Shown: positions 43,787-54,156 of the stretch, one piece after another
Numbering within the stretch: the stretch's first letter is position 1
Layout of the letters: every line of letters starts with the position of its first letter
Source of the DNA: an uncultured Actinomycetes bacterium
GTDB lineage: Bacteria; Actinomycetota; Thermoleophilia; RBG-16-64-13
Direction: 5' to 3'
Length of the DNA stretch: 64,000 bases
NCBI GenBank assembly: GCA_963713545.1
Contig: CAVQME010000001.1
Location: 24,540-88,539 of the forward strand
Position numbers and translations under genes: made by a program
Notes under the pieces: model-generated
Told to the model about the DNA's origin: nothing
What the model saw: only the letters and a program-made list of their open reading frames with translations
Database searches by the model: none

Positions 43787-45028
43787 ATGGACGGCATAGA
43801 GATACGTCCCCTTCGAGACGAGGAGGGCCACACCGCGGTGAGCGTCGTGTGCGCCGCCTTCGGCGAACTGCCCACCGAGGAAGACGTGCGGGCCTATCGT
43901 CTTTCTTTTCCCTTGGAGAGGGCCATATGCGCGTTCGAGGGCGGCAGGATGGTGGCTACCTCCACGGTGATCTCGATGGAGCTCACCCTACCCGGAGGGT
44001 CCGCCTTGCCCGCGGCGGGACTGACCTGGGTGGCCGCCCTCCCCACCCATCGGCGGCGTGGCATCCTTCGGAGACTCGTGGCTGCTCAATTCGCCGACAT
44101 GATCCGCCGCGGCGAGCCCCTGACGGTGCTGCTCGCCTCCGAGGGCAACATCTATGGCCGCTTCGGTTACGGACCCGCGACGAGCCACCTCAGCTTCAGT
44201 GTCGAACAACCCTATGCCGCTCTCGCGCTCTCGGTAGAGGACCCGGGCCACATCACCCTTCTGGACACCGCCGAAGCCAAGGCGGAGGTGCCGCGAATAT
44301 ACGATAGTCTCCGCCTCAAGCAACCCGGAATGCTCAGCCGCACTCAGGGCTTGTGGGACGAGCACTTCTCCGACCCCCCTGGTCATCGTGAAGGCGGGGG
44401 CGGCATGTTCCACGCCAAGCATGAGACGGTACCCGGCGTAGCCGACGGCTATGTCAGCTACCGCATCCGCGAGGACCGGGAAGCGGCGATCCCCTTCAAC
44501 CGAGTCTTGGTGGTCGAGTTGCAGGCCGCCGATCCTATCGTCTACCGGGCACTATGGGATTTCGTCCTGAATACCGACCTGTGCCGGACGATATCGTTCT
44601 CGAGTGGGCGGATAGACGAGCCCCTCCGCTGGTTGCTCGCCGACCCCCGGCGGTTCCGCGTAGATGCTCTGACCGACTTCTTGTGGGTGTGCATGCTGGA
44701 CGTGCCCCGCGCGCTCGCGGCCAGGTCATATAGCGCCCCCGGTAGGCTGGTATTCGAGGTGACCGATCCGTTTCCCGTTCTGAGGACCAGTCGTTATCTC
44801 CTGAGTACCGGCCCAGACGGGGCCGATGGAGCCGAGTGCGTGCCCACCCAGGCGGAGCCCGACCTTGTCCTCGACCTGGGCGTTCTCGGGACGGCCTATT
44901 TGGGTGGGACTACGTTCGCTTCGCTGGCGATCGCGGGCAGGGTGCTGGAGTTGCGAGAGGGAGCGTTGGAAGAGGCCGACGCAATGTTCAGGACGAGCGT
45001 CGCCCCCTATTGTCTGACGGATTTCTAG
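43787..45028 (+). CDS. Eis-like GNAT N-acetyltransferase with SCP2-like C-terminal domain
   Basis: MDGIEIRPL...LTWVAALPTHRRRGILRRLV...GNIYGRFGYG. About 410 aa, the length and pattern of the Eis family. Confidence 0.85.
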   Translation: MDGIEIRPLRDEEGHTAVSVVCAAFGELPTEEDVRAYRLSFPLERAICAFEGGRMVATSTVISMELTLPGGSALPAAGLTWVAALPTHRRRGILRRLVAAQFADMIRRGEPLTVLLASEGNIYGRFGYGPATSHLSFSVEQPYAALALSVEDPGHITLLDTAEAKAEVPRIYDSLRLKQPGMLSRTQGLWDEHFSDPPGHREGGGGMFHAKHETVPGVADGYVSYRIREDREAAIPFNRVLVVELQAADPIVYRALWDFVLNTDLCRTISFSSGRIDEPLRWLLADPRRFRVDALTDFLWVCMLDVPRALAARSYSAPGRLVFEVTDPFPVLRTSRYLLSTGPDGADGAECVPTQAEPDLVLDLGVLGTAYLGGTTFASLAIAGRVLELREGALEEADAMFRTSVAPYCLTDF

Positions 45029-45036
45029 GAGTCACT

Positions 45037-45621
45037 GTGGGCGATCATGCGCATTTCCCAGGACACAGGGCTTCGCAACTCGATGACACGAGGCGGCTAC
45101 AGACTCAGGTGAGCGAGGAGGATCTGGCTCGCCTACTCGATCTGACGGGCGCCGAGGATGTCGTCGATCTGGGCAGCGGCACAGGCTTCTACACCAACCG
45201 GGTCGCCGCCCTCACAACAGGCACCGTGCACGCGGTCGAGCTCCAGGCGGAGATGAACGACGCCTACCGGGAGCGTGGCGTGCCGGCAAACGTGAAGCTG
45301 GTCCTGGGCGATATCACCGCCCTCTCGCTCGCACCGACGAGCGCGGACGTGGCGATCAGCATCTCCACGTGGCACGAGGTGGAGGGCGGGCTCGACCTCC
45401 CAGGGTTGGTCCGCATCCTTCGACCGCCGGGGAAGCTCGTCGTGATCGACTGGCGGAGAGATCCCGAATCCTGGGAGAATGGACCGCCCGCCGGCATCCG
45501 TTCCACCAAAGAAGAAGTGGCGGATGCGCTCGCCCCATACTTCGACCCGGTTTCCGCGGAGGATCTGGGCCGTTTCATGTTCGCCGTGGTGGCAAGAATA
45601 AGGTCGCGGACCACGAGCTAG
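45037..45621 (+). CDS. Class I SAM-dependent methyltransferase
   Basis: GTG at 45037 follows AGGAG. VVDLGSGTGFYT is motif I, and LRPPGKLVVID is also present. Confidence 0.85.
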   Translation: MGDHAHFPGHRASQLDDTRRLQTQVSEEDLARLLDLTGAEDVVDLGSGTGFYTNRVAALTTGTVHAVELQAEMNDAYRERGVPANVKLVLGDITALSLAPTSADVAISISTWHEVEGGLDLPGLVRILRPPGKLVVIDWRRDPESWENGPPAGIRSTKEEVADALAPYFDPVSAEDLGRFMFAVVARIRSRTTS

Positions 45622-45741
45622 GCCCGGGCACCTGCCAGACTGGGCGGCGGCCAAGCCGGGCGGCGCGCCTCGGCCGGCGGCGCGACCCTGAGCCGGCGGC
45701 GCGCCTCGGCGGGCTCGCGATCACCGCAGGGGCTCTCGCCT

Positions 45742-46167
45742 TCAATCCTCCGCGTCGAAGTCCGCGCTCCGCTCCCGCTTCAGCCGGCTCCTTAACCGCT
45801 TCGCTTCGAGCCGCTTCTCTCGCGCCCGACCTGACGGTGCCACCGGCACTCGCATCGGCTCTTCCGTCAAAGCCGTCCGAACGAGCTCGGCGAAACGCTC
45901 CACCGCGGCGTCCCGATTGGCCAGCTGGGTGCGGTGACGTTGAGAGACCACCCGCAGAACGCCGTCCTTGCTGATCCGCCCCGGCAGCCGGCTACGCAGC
46001 AGGTACCGCTGCTGGGCCGACAAGGACGTCGACGCCTCCAGGTCGAACAGCAGGGTGACGCGCGTGTTCACCTTGTTGACGTTCTGGCCCCCGGGGCCGC
46101 TGCTACGCGACGTGGTGAAGGCGAGCTCCCCGTCGGCGATCTCCAGATCCTCGGTCACCCGCACCAT
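45742..46167 (-). CDS. arfB: Alternative ribosome-rescue factor ArfB (peptidyl-tRNA hydrolase, RF-1 domain)
   Basis: 141-aa ORF with the GGQ motif (SSGPGGQNVNKVNTRV) and a basic C-terminal tail. Confidence 0.9.
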   Translation of the reverse strand: MVRVTEDLEIADGELAFTTSRSSGPGGQNVNKVNTRVTLLFDLEASTSLSAQQRYLLRSRLPGRISKDGVLRVVSQRHRTQLANRDAAVERFAELVRTALTEEPMRVPVAPSGRAREKRLEAKRLRSRLKRERSADFDAED

Positions 46168-46202
46168 CTCCCACCTGCGTCCTCTCCGTTCGTGAGACCA
46201 TC

Positions 46203-47537
46203 TTGACTATGGAGCGACTTCCTTTCAGCGATGCCCCCACCATCGTTCCAGCCGGTGCCCAGGAACTCCTGCATGGTCTCTTTCGGACGATGGTGGACGC
46301 AGCTGCGCCCCAGCGTCTCATGCCTTCCAGACTACCCCCTCCGCCCCGAGGGCGCACCCTCGTGCTTGGCGCGGGCAAAGCCGCCGCCGCCATGGTCAAG
46401 GCGGTCGAGGACCACTGGCACGGCCCGGTCTCGGGTCTGGTCGTGACCCGCTACGGTCATGGGGTCCCGTGCCGGACGGTGGAGGTCGTAGCGGCCGGCC
46501 ACCCGTTCCCCGACACCGTCGGACAGCAGACGGCCGAACGGATGCTCGAGCTTGCCCGAAGCCTCAGCTCCGACGACCTCGTGCTGGCGCTGTTCAGCGG
46601 GGGTGGATCGGCCCTCTTGACGCTGCCCGCACCCGGCCTGACGCTCGCCGAACTGCAAGAAGCGAACCGGCAGCTGCTGCACTCGGGAGTCCCGATCGCC
46701 CAGGTGAACTGCGTGCGCAAGCACCTCTCTGCCATCGCGGGCGGACGCCTGGGAGTGGCCTGCGCGCCCGCCCCGGTGGTCACCTTCCTCATCTCCGATG
46801 TCCCCGGAGACGACCCCACCGTCATCGCGTCCGGCCCGACGGTCGCCGATCCCACCACTTTCGCGGAGGCGCGAGCGGTGGTTGAGCGGCACCACCTCGA
46901 CCTACCCTCGGCGGTGCGCCGCCACCTTGACCTGGCGCAGGACGAGACCCCGAAACCGGGCGATCCGCGACTTTCAAGGGGCGAGGTGATCATGCTCGCC
47001 ACCCCCGGGCAGGCTCTGGAGGCGGCGGCAGCGAAGGCGCGCGCCGCCGGCCTCACCCCCACCGTGCTCGGCGCCGACCTGGAGGGTGAGGCTCGGGAAG
47101 TAGCGGCCGCGCATGCCGATCTCGCTCGAGCGACGCATCGCTCGCGGTCGGAGCGAGATCAGGGGTCGCCGGCGGCCGCCCCTACGCTCATTCTCTCTGG
47201 CGGCGAGACCACGGTCACGGTTCGTGGAGGCGGAAAAGGAGGACGCAACACCGAGTATCTTCTGGCTCTGGCGCTGGCGTTCCGCGCGGCAAAAGGAGAG
47301 ACCGCGCGCGTGTTCGCCCTGGCGGCCGACACGGACGGGATCGACGGCACGGAGGAGAACGCCGGGGCCTTCCTCTACCCCGACACGCTGGAACGGGCCG
47401 CCGCGGCCGGTCTCGACGCACGGGACTTTCTCGCGGCTAACGACAGCTATCGCTTCTTTCAGAAGCTCGGGGATCTGCTGGTGACCGGTCCCACCCGCAC
47501 GAACGTCAACGACTTCCGCGCGATCTTGTTGGTCTGA
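46203..47537 (+). CDS. Glycerate 2-kinase / hydroxypyruvate reductase-like (DUF4147-MOFRL family)
   Basis: 444-aa ORF reading LVLGAGKAAAAM...LSGGETTV...GGKGGRNTEYLL...TDGIDG...TGPTRTNVNDF. Confidence 0.88.
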   Translation: MTMERLPFSDAPTIVPAGAQELLHGLFRTMVDAAAPQRLMPSRLPPPPRGRTLVLGAGKAAAAMVKAVEDHWHGPVSGLVVTRYGHGVPCRTVEVVAAGHPFPDTVGQQTAERMLELARSLSSDDLVLALFSGGGSALLTLPAPGLTLAELQEANRQLLHSGVPIAQVNCVRKHLSAIAGGRLGVACAPAPVVTFLISDVPGDDPTVIASGPTVADPTTFAEARAVVERHHLDLPSAVRRHLDLAQDETPKPGDPRLSRGEVIMLATPGQALEAAAAKARAAGLTPTVLGADLEGEAREVAAAHADLARATHRSRSERDQGSPAAAPTLILSGGETTVTVRGGGKGGRNTEYLLALALAFRAAKGETARVFALAADTDGIDGTEENAGAFLYPDTLERAAAAGLDARDFLAANDSYRFFQKLGDLLVTGPTRTNVNDFRAILLV

Positions 47538-47643
47538 CCCCGCGCAGCACGCCCCGGGCAGCGCGACCCCGGACAGGGCGATCCAGACAGGGTGACCCCG
47601 GGGCAGCTCGACCTTGTCTGGGGCGCCCCCCGATCCGCCGCGG

Positions 47644-48060
47644 TTAGGTCGTCTTCAGAATGCAGTGACCAGAGATCGCCACCATGCCGTGGGCTTCACA
47701 GTACTCGAGGGCGGCATCGGACTCCGCTCCCGGCTGGAACCACACACTATCGAGGCCGGCCTCGTCCGCCTCCTTCACCACAGCTTCGCCCTGCTTCGGC
47801 GGCACCACGATCAGCACCCTGTCGACCGGTTCCGGCAGGGCTGACAAGCTCGGATAGCAGGTCACGCCCTCGATCTCTTTCGACTTTCTGTTGATCGGGT
47901 ACACCTGCTTCCCCCGCATCTTGAGCTCGCGAAGGGTGATGTTCCCGAACTTGCTCCTGTCTTCCGACGCGCCTACGACAGCCCAGCGTCGCCCTTTCAA
48001 GAACTCGTCCAGACGATCCCTATCGACCATGATCAGACTTCCCCTCTCTCCTTCCCTCAT
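47644..48060 (-). CDS. CoA-binding domain protein (YccU/YneT-like)
   Basis: RWAVVGASEDRSKFGN...VYPINRK matches the CoA_binding_2 pattern. Confidence 0.85.
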   Translation of the reverse strand: MREGERGSLIMVDRDRLDEFLKGRRWAVVGASEDRSKFGNITLRELKMRGKQVYPINRKSKEIEGVTCYPSLSALPEPVDRVLIVVPPKQGEAVVKEADEAGLDSVWFQPGAESDAALEYCEAHGMVAISGHCILKTT

Positions 48061-48094
48061 CCGTGCGCCCGAGTCATCCTTGATCTAGCCTCCG

Positions 48095-48757
48095 TTATCC
48101 CCGTCTCAGGGATGCCACAACCTCGGCCGTAAGCTCCGCTACGGAACCCAGCACGAGATCGGCCGCCCCCACAGACTCAGCCGATGGGGGAAAATCGGGA
48201 TTGGGCGCGACGATGACCGCCAGCCCGGCCGCGGACGCAGCCTTGATGCCGTTCGAGGAATCCTCCACCGCGGCCGAACGCTCGGGGGTCGCGCCTAAAC
48301 GGGCGCAGGCTTCCAGATAGACGTCCGGGGCAGGTTTTCCCCGCGCCACCTGGTCCGACGAGACCACGGCCGCGAAATGCGGACGTAGTCCGGCAAGCTC
48401 CAGCGCGTCTTCGATGAGCTCGGGAGGAGACGACGAAGCCACTCCCAGCCGATACTTCTTCGCCAGGCGCAAGACCGCCGCGCGCGCCCCGGGAACGAGC
48501 GGCAGATCACGCGCGTACCGTTCGCGCAGCCCCCCGATCACCCCGTCGTAGATCTCCTGGTTGGACAGATCAACGCCGCTCTGCTCGCGCATGTAGGTCG
48601 CCCACTGCATGGAATTGGCCCCCATCACCGCGGGCTGGTCGTGCTCGTCCCAGTGGCCGCCGTGGGCCAGGGCGAAGTCACGGCGCACCATGTGCCACAC
48701 GTGCTCGGTGTCGATGATCACCCCGTCCAGGTCGAAGATGACGGTGTCGATGCTCAT
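48095..48757 (-). CDS. HAD-superfamily hydrolase (beta-phosphoglucomutase-like subfamily IA)
   Basis: [18 protein letters not shown] is the DxD motif, followed by GVASSS and [12 protein letters not shown] prefer ATG at 48757. The track N-terminal extension runs antisense into guaB. Confidence 0.88.
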   Translation of the reverse strand: MSIDTVIFDLDGVIIDTEHVWHMVRRDFALAHGGHWDEHDQPAVMGANSMQWATYMREQSGVDLSNQEIYDGVIGGLRERYARDLPLVPGARAAVLRLAKKYRLGVASSSPPELIEDALELAGLRPHFAAVVSSDQVARGKPAPDVYLEACARLGATPERSAAVEDSSNGIKAASAAGLAVIVAPNPDFPPSAESVGAADLVLGSVAELTAEVVASLRRG

Positions 48758-48899
48758 GGTCCGGTAGGTTAGCAGAAGGCCGGGAGGCCTGGCACGACCG
48801 ACTGGGGCGGCGGCGTTCGCCCGCCACCGCCCCAGTCTCACTGCATTTATGCAATCACTCGTCGTTTCAGTTAGAATCACCAAGAAAAGGAGGTCGGGC

Positions 48900-50382
<1,483 letters not shown>

Positions 50383-50384
50383 TC

Positions 50385-51140
50385 TTAGTGCCCGTGATAG
50401 GCGAGGGTCTGGGCCAGCACCTGCTCGACCTCGGCCGTCGCCCGATCGTCCAGGTCGAGGTGCTCCACTTCCGCCAGTGGGCTCTGCAGCAATGTGCACA
50501 GCGTGGCCTGCGCCCCTCCGCTGAGGGCAAAGCAGGCGACAGTGCCCGTCTCGGCGCAGCCCGAGCACACCGCACCACCCAGACTCGGCGAGAACCCATA
50601 TAGGGGCCCCTCGGCACCGCAGGCCGTGCAACGGGACATCTCGGGCGCGTATCCCAGCAGAGCGAGCAGCTTGAGCCGGGCGGCGAGCACGATGCCCGCG
50701 GCCGCCGCGGCGTCCGGAGCTTCCGCCAATCGGGCGATGCCCCGCACCAGCAGGTTGAACACGGGGGCGCTGGCTTCTTCGCCGGGGAACAGATGGCGGA
50801 CGGCGCTCACCAGGCGTCCCCCCTCCTCCATGCGGAACAACTCGTCGCGGACTCCCTGGAAGGTGCGCAGGGTGTCGACGCCCACGACGGTGTACAGGCC
50901 GCGTCCCGAATAGAGGCTGGCCCGCACGAGGCTAAAGGGCTCGAGCCGCCCCCCCACCTTGGACTTGGTCCGCCGCACCCCTTTGGCTATGGCCCCGATC
51001 CGACCGCGATCGCGCGTGTAGAGCGTGACGATACGATCGGCCTCGCGATACCGCATCGAGCCTATGACGAGAGCCTCGGTGGTAAAGAAACGGGAGCTCA
51101 GGGAAGCCTCCCTCCGGTCGCTCGGCCTCGCTCCGGACAC
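50385..51140 (-). CDS. recO: DNA repair protein RecO
   Basis: 251-aa ORF with an OB-fold N-terminus (EALVIGSMRYREADRIVTLYTRDRGRIGAIAKGVRR) and the zinc motif CTACG...CSGC. Confidence 0.9.
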   Translation of the reverse strand: MSGARPSDRREASLSSRFFTTEALVIGSMRYREADRIVTLYTRDRGRIGAIAKGVRRTKSKVGGRLEPFSLVRASLYSGRGLYTVVGVDTLRTFQGVRDELFRMEEGGRLVSAVRHLFPGEEASAPVFNLLVRGIARLAEAPDAAAAAGIVLAARLKLLALLGYAPEMSRCTACGAEGPLYGFSPSLGGAVCSGCAETGTVACFALSGGAQATLCTLLQSPLAEVEHLDLDDRATAEVEQVLAQTLAYHGH

Positions 51141-51159
51141 CGAGCGCCCTCCAGGTCGG

Positions 51160-51855
51160 TCAGTCCTTGTCGGAGGCGAACTCCTTGATGATGTCGACCG
51201 CCGAGGAGGTGCCGACCCGCGCGGCCCCCGCGTTGATCATGATCTCGGCGGCTTCGGCCGTACGGATGCCTCCGCAGGCATCCACACCGACGCTCTCGGG
51301 CAGGAGGTCGCGGAACAACTCGACATCCTTGGCCGTGGCACCACCCGGAGCTTTGCCGGTGGAGGTCTTGATGAAGTCGGCTCCAGAGTCCTCCACGATC
51401 TTGCAGACGAGCCTCTTCAGCTTCTCGTCCAGATAGTAGGCTTCCACGTTGGCCTTCACGAGGACCAACCCCCGCCCGGTATTGACGCTGCTCATGCGCA
51501 CCGAGCGGACCACGGCCCGCAGCTCGTCCCGCACGTAGCGGAAGTCGCCGGACAGCATGGCGGGGATATTGATGACCACGTCCAACTCGTCCGCGCCCAG
51601 AGCCACCGCCTGCTCGGCGCCGGTTATCTTGGTGCGCTGCGCGTCGGCCCCGTAGGGGTACGAGACGACGGTCCCCACCTTGACGTCGTAGCCCTGCAGC
51701 AACTGTCGCGCCACCGGCACGCAGTAGGGGAGGACACATACGGAGGCGAAATGGTAGGAGATGGCGTCACGGCACAGCGCCTCGACAGCGGTGGTGGTGC
51801 TGGTGGCTTCGAGCAAGGCGCTATCAATGGTCTTGGCCAGCTCTTCGACTCTCAC
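51160..51855 (-). CDS. deoC: Deoxyribose-phosphate aldolase
   Basis: IDSALLEATST...ASVCVLP...VKANVEA...FIKTSTGK (Schiff-base Lys context)...GGIR. Confidence 0.92.
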   Translation of the reverse strand: MRVEELAKTIDSALLEATSTTTAVEALCRDAISYHFASVCVLPYCVPVARQLLQGYDVKVGTVVSYPYGADAQRTKITGAEQAVALGADELDVVINIPAMLSGDFRYVRDELRAVVRSVRMSSVNTGRGLVLVKANVEAYYLDEKLKRLVCKIVEDSGADFIKTSTGKAPGGATAKDVELFRDLLPESVGVDACGGIRTAEAAEIMINAGAARVGTSSAVDIIKEFASDKD

Positions 51856-51941
51856 GGCGTCCTCGCACTCTCGCTGGGCTCGTCATCGCCGGGTTCACGC
51901 CCCGCTCCAACTTTCTATCATACACCGCCATGCAAGCCCCT

Positions 51942-52898
51942 CTATGAGAAGCGCAGGCGCAGGATATGTCTGTCCTCCCCCTTGCCGTAGAAGTGGGGGA
52001 CGAAGGCTTCGTCGACGAACCCCCCGCTCGAGTAGAGTCCCATCGCTTTGGTATTGCCGGGAGCGACGGTGAGGATCAGGCCTTGCGCTCCCAGCTCCCT
52101 GCACCGCTCCGTCACTGCGTCCAAGAGCTTCCGTCCCAGACCCTGGCCCTGCCATTCCGGCCGCACGTAAAAGCCGACCACGTAGAAGAAGTCGGGCTCA
52201 TCGAGCACCCGCAAAAGCTGGCAGCTGCCCACTATCTCGTCCTCGATCCGAGCCACCAAGATGACCCCGGCCTCAGCCATGACCGCCAGATCGTACGTGC
52301 GCAGCCCGGTGGGCCCGAAGGCCTCCAGATCGTAGACAGCCAGCCTGACGAGCAGAGCCTGGTCAGGCCGGACCAGCCGCTCGAGGGTCAGTCCCTCGGT
52401 GGGAACGGGTCGGCCGGGTGCGGACGAGCCAGATGCGGAGCCGGTGGGCACGGCTCGCCTCATTCCGGCGACCAGAATCTGGACAGCGGGAGCATCACCC
52501 AACGACCCTTCTGCTTGAGGACCACGGGCAGCTCGGGGTCGAGCTTCCGCCAAAGAGCGGCAGGTAGCGGGGCTGGGAGACACGCTCTGCGATGCGTCGC
52601 TCGTCACGGCGATGGCCGCCACCAGTACTTCGTCGTCCCCGGCAGCGCGGGCAAGGGCCCAGGCAGCCTCGGCGGCGGAGACCGGGGCCTCCGGGTGGTC
52701 CAGTTCGGCGATCTGCTCCGCCTGTCCGGCTTGCTCCGCCGCTCCCGCCTGTCCCGTCTGCCCCGTGTAGACCGCCCCCGAGGGGGTCAGGAGAGCGACC
52801 ACCTCCGTCGGAGGAAGGGTCGGATCGACCCGAGCCGCCTCGGCCTTCGCCGCATCGATCAAGCGGCCCAATTGAGGTGAGAGTCGTTCTTCGTGCAC
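51942..52898 (-). CDS. Fusion of a degenerate cytidine-deaminase-like domain and a GNAT acetyltransferase domain
   Basis: The C-terminal half is GNAT: YVRPEWQGQGLGRKLL...GLILTVAPGNTKAMGLYSSGGF. The N-terminal ~110 aa occupy the cdd slot of the ybeY-dgkA-cdd cluster and resemble CDA, but the zinc ligands are missing. SAAEAAW replaces CAE-type and SPSPATCRS replaces PCGxCRQ-type motifs. Confidence 0.65.
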   Translation of the reverse strand: MHEERLSPQLGRLIDAAKAEAARVDPTLPPTEVVALLTPSGAVYTGQTGQAGAAEQAGQAEQIAELDHPEAPVSAAEAAWALARAAGDDEVLVAAIAVTSDASQSVSPSPATCRSLAEARPRAARGPQAEGSLGDAPAVQILVAGMRRAVPTGSASGSSAPGRPVPTEGLTLERLVRPDQALLVRLAVYDLEAFGPTGLRTYDLAVMAEAGVILVARIEDEIVGSCQLLRVLDEPDFFYVVGFYVRPEWQGQGLGRKLLDAVTERCRELGAQGLILTVAPGNTKAMGLYSSGGFVDEAFVPHFYGKGEDRHILRLRFS

Positions 52899-52923
52899 CA
52901 GGCCCTCCCTTCAGAACCGCCGT

Positions 52924-53646
52924 TCAGAACCACAACTGGAAGATGAGCGTGGTCGCCGCTATTCCCAGCAGCGCCCCCAACACCACCTCCAGGAGAGAAT
53001 GAACGCCCGTCTCCACCCGGCTCTGAGCCACCAACGCGGCGATCACGAACGTTATCGCGCTTACCAACAGCCCTTGCGGAGTGGCGCCTATCACGAAGGT
53101 GACCGCGGTCCACCCGGCGAAGGCGACGGCCGCATGTCCCGACGGCAAACCCCCGGTGAGCGGAGTCCCCTTGGCCCGCGTAGCTTTGACCACCACCACC
53201 ACCAGTGCCACCAGCGCGAGGGCGACGATGGTCAGATGCGCAGGAGACCGGCGGATGACACCCAGCAGCTCCAGCGAGACGTTGGCCAGCCGGTCGGCGA
53301 GCACCAGATAGGCCACCACAAGAGCGTTGATCGCGGCGATGAGCACCGCGCCGGCAGCCAGGTCCTTAGCGACCTTCGCCCGCGGATCGTACTCTTCGGT
53401 CACGATGTCCACCAGCGCTTCGATGGCCGTGTTCATGAGCTCGGCCATCAGGACAAAGGCGATGGTAGCAAAAATGATGACCAGTTCGAGCCGGGAGACG
53501 TTGAGAAAGATGCTGGCGACCAGCACGATGAGAGCCACGGCCATGTGGATGCGCATGTTGCGCTGATGCCGAACTGAGTATACGAGACCCTGGAAGGCAT
53601 GGTTGAAGCTCTGCAGGAGCGTCGTCTTACTTCGCTCGGGCGTCAT
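52924..53646 (-). CDS. dgkA: Diacylglycerol/undecaprenol kinase (DgkA) fused to a PAP2 phosphatase domain
   Basis: The N-terminal ~120 aa are DgkA-like: SFNHAFQGLVY...MAELMNTAIEALVD. The C-terminal half carries PAP2 motifs PSGHAA and SRVETGVHSLLEV. Confidence 0.85.
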   Translation of the reverse strand: MTPERSKTTLLQSFNHAFQGLVYSVRHQRNMRIHMAVALIVLVASIFLNVSRLELVIIFATIAFVLMAELMNTAIEALVDIVTEEYDPRAKVAKDLAAGAVLIAAINALVVAYLVLADRLANVSLELLGVIRRSPAHLTIVALALVALVVVVVKATRAKGTPLTGGLPSGHAAVAFAGWTAVTFVIGATPQGLLVSAITFVIAALVAQSRVETGVHSLLEVVLGALLGIAATTLIFQLWF

Positions 53647-53673
53647 GCTCAGGCCCCCACTGTCGGACCCGTC

Positions 53674-54156
53674 TCAGTCGCCCGCCGGCAGAGAGAGGGC
53701 GCGTGCCAGCCGGCCCAGTTCCTCCAGAAGGGCCTGCTCGCGCAGACGCATCTCGCCGTCATCTCGTTCGTGATCGTATCCGAGAACATGGAGGACCCCA
53801 TGGATCACGGTCCAGGCCAGTTGGCGGCCCGGCTCGCAGTCTCCCTCTTTCGCATAACGGCGTACCACAGCGGGACATACGATGACTTCGCCCAAGTCGG
53901 GGGGGACTCCTTCACCCTCGAACACTCCGGGCCACTCGATATCGTCGTCCCCAGCGCAGTAGGAGAGGACATCCGTAGGTTCCAGCAGCCCTCTGTCGCG
54001 GCGGTTCAGCTCCGCGATGGCCTGCTCCTCCACGAGGGCGACCACGATAGCTCCCTCGGCCTCCTCACGCTTGAGTACGGCCCGGACCAGCTCCGCCAGG
54101 CGATCGGTGGGCAGACCGAGGTCGGTCTCATCGACCACCTCCACCACGACGCTCAC
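53674..54156 (-). CDS. ybeY: rRNA maturation endoribonuclease YbeY
   Basis: 160-aa ORF with the zinc motif HGVLHVLGYDHE. Confidence 0.95.
   Translation of the reverse strand: MSVVVEVVDETDLGLPTDRLAELVRAVLKREEAEGAIVVALVEEQAIAELNRRDRGLLEPTDVLSYCAGDDDIEWPGVFEGEGVPPDLGEVIVCPAVVRRYAKEGDCEPGRQLAWTVIHGVLHVLGYDHERDDGEMRLREQALLEELGRLARALSLPAGD

Noticed and set aside
45640-45725. GC-rich imperfect direct repeats (GCCGGGCGGCGCGCCTCGGC-like units) between the methyltransferase and arfB genes
   Set aside because: Only about 2.5 imperfect copies with no spacer regularity. It lies between convergent genes, so it is more likely a GC-rich terminator or structure region than CRISPR or a mobile repeat.
47538-47643. 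Repeated CCCCGG(G/A)CAG motifs and an imperfect hairpin (CCAGACAGG...CCTTGTCTGG) after the glycerate kinase gene
   Set aside because: Short and imperfect, and located between convergent genes. I treat it as an ordinary terminator-like structure.
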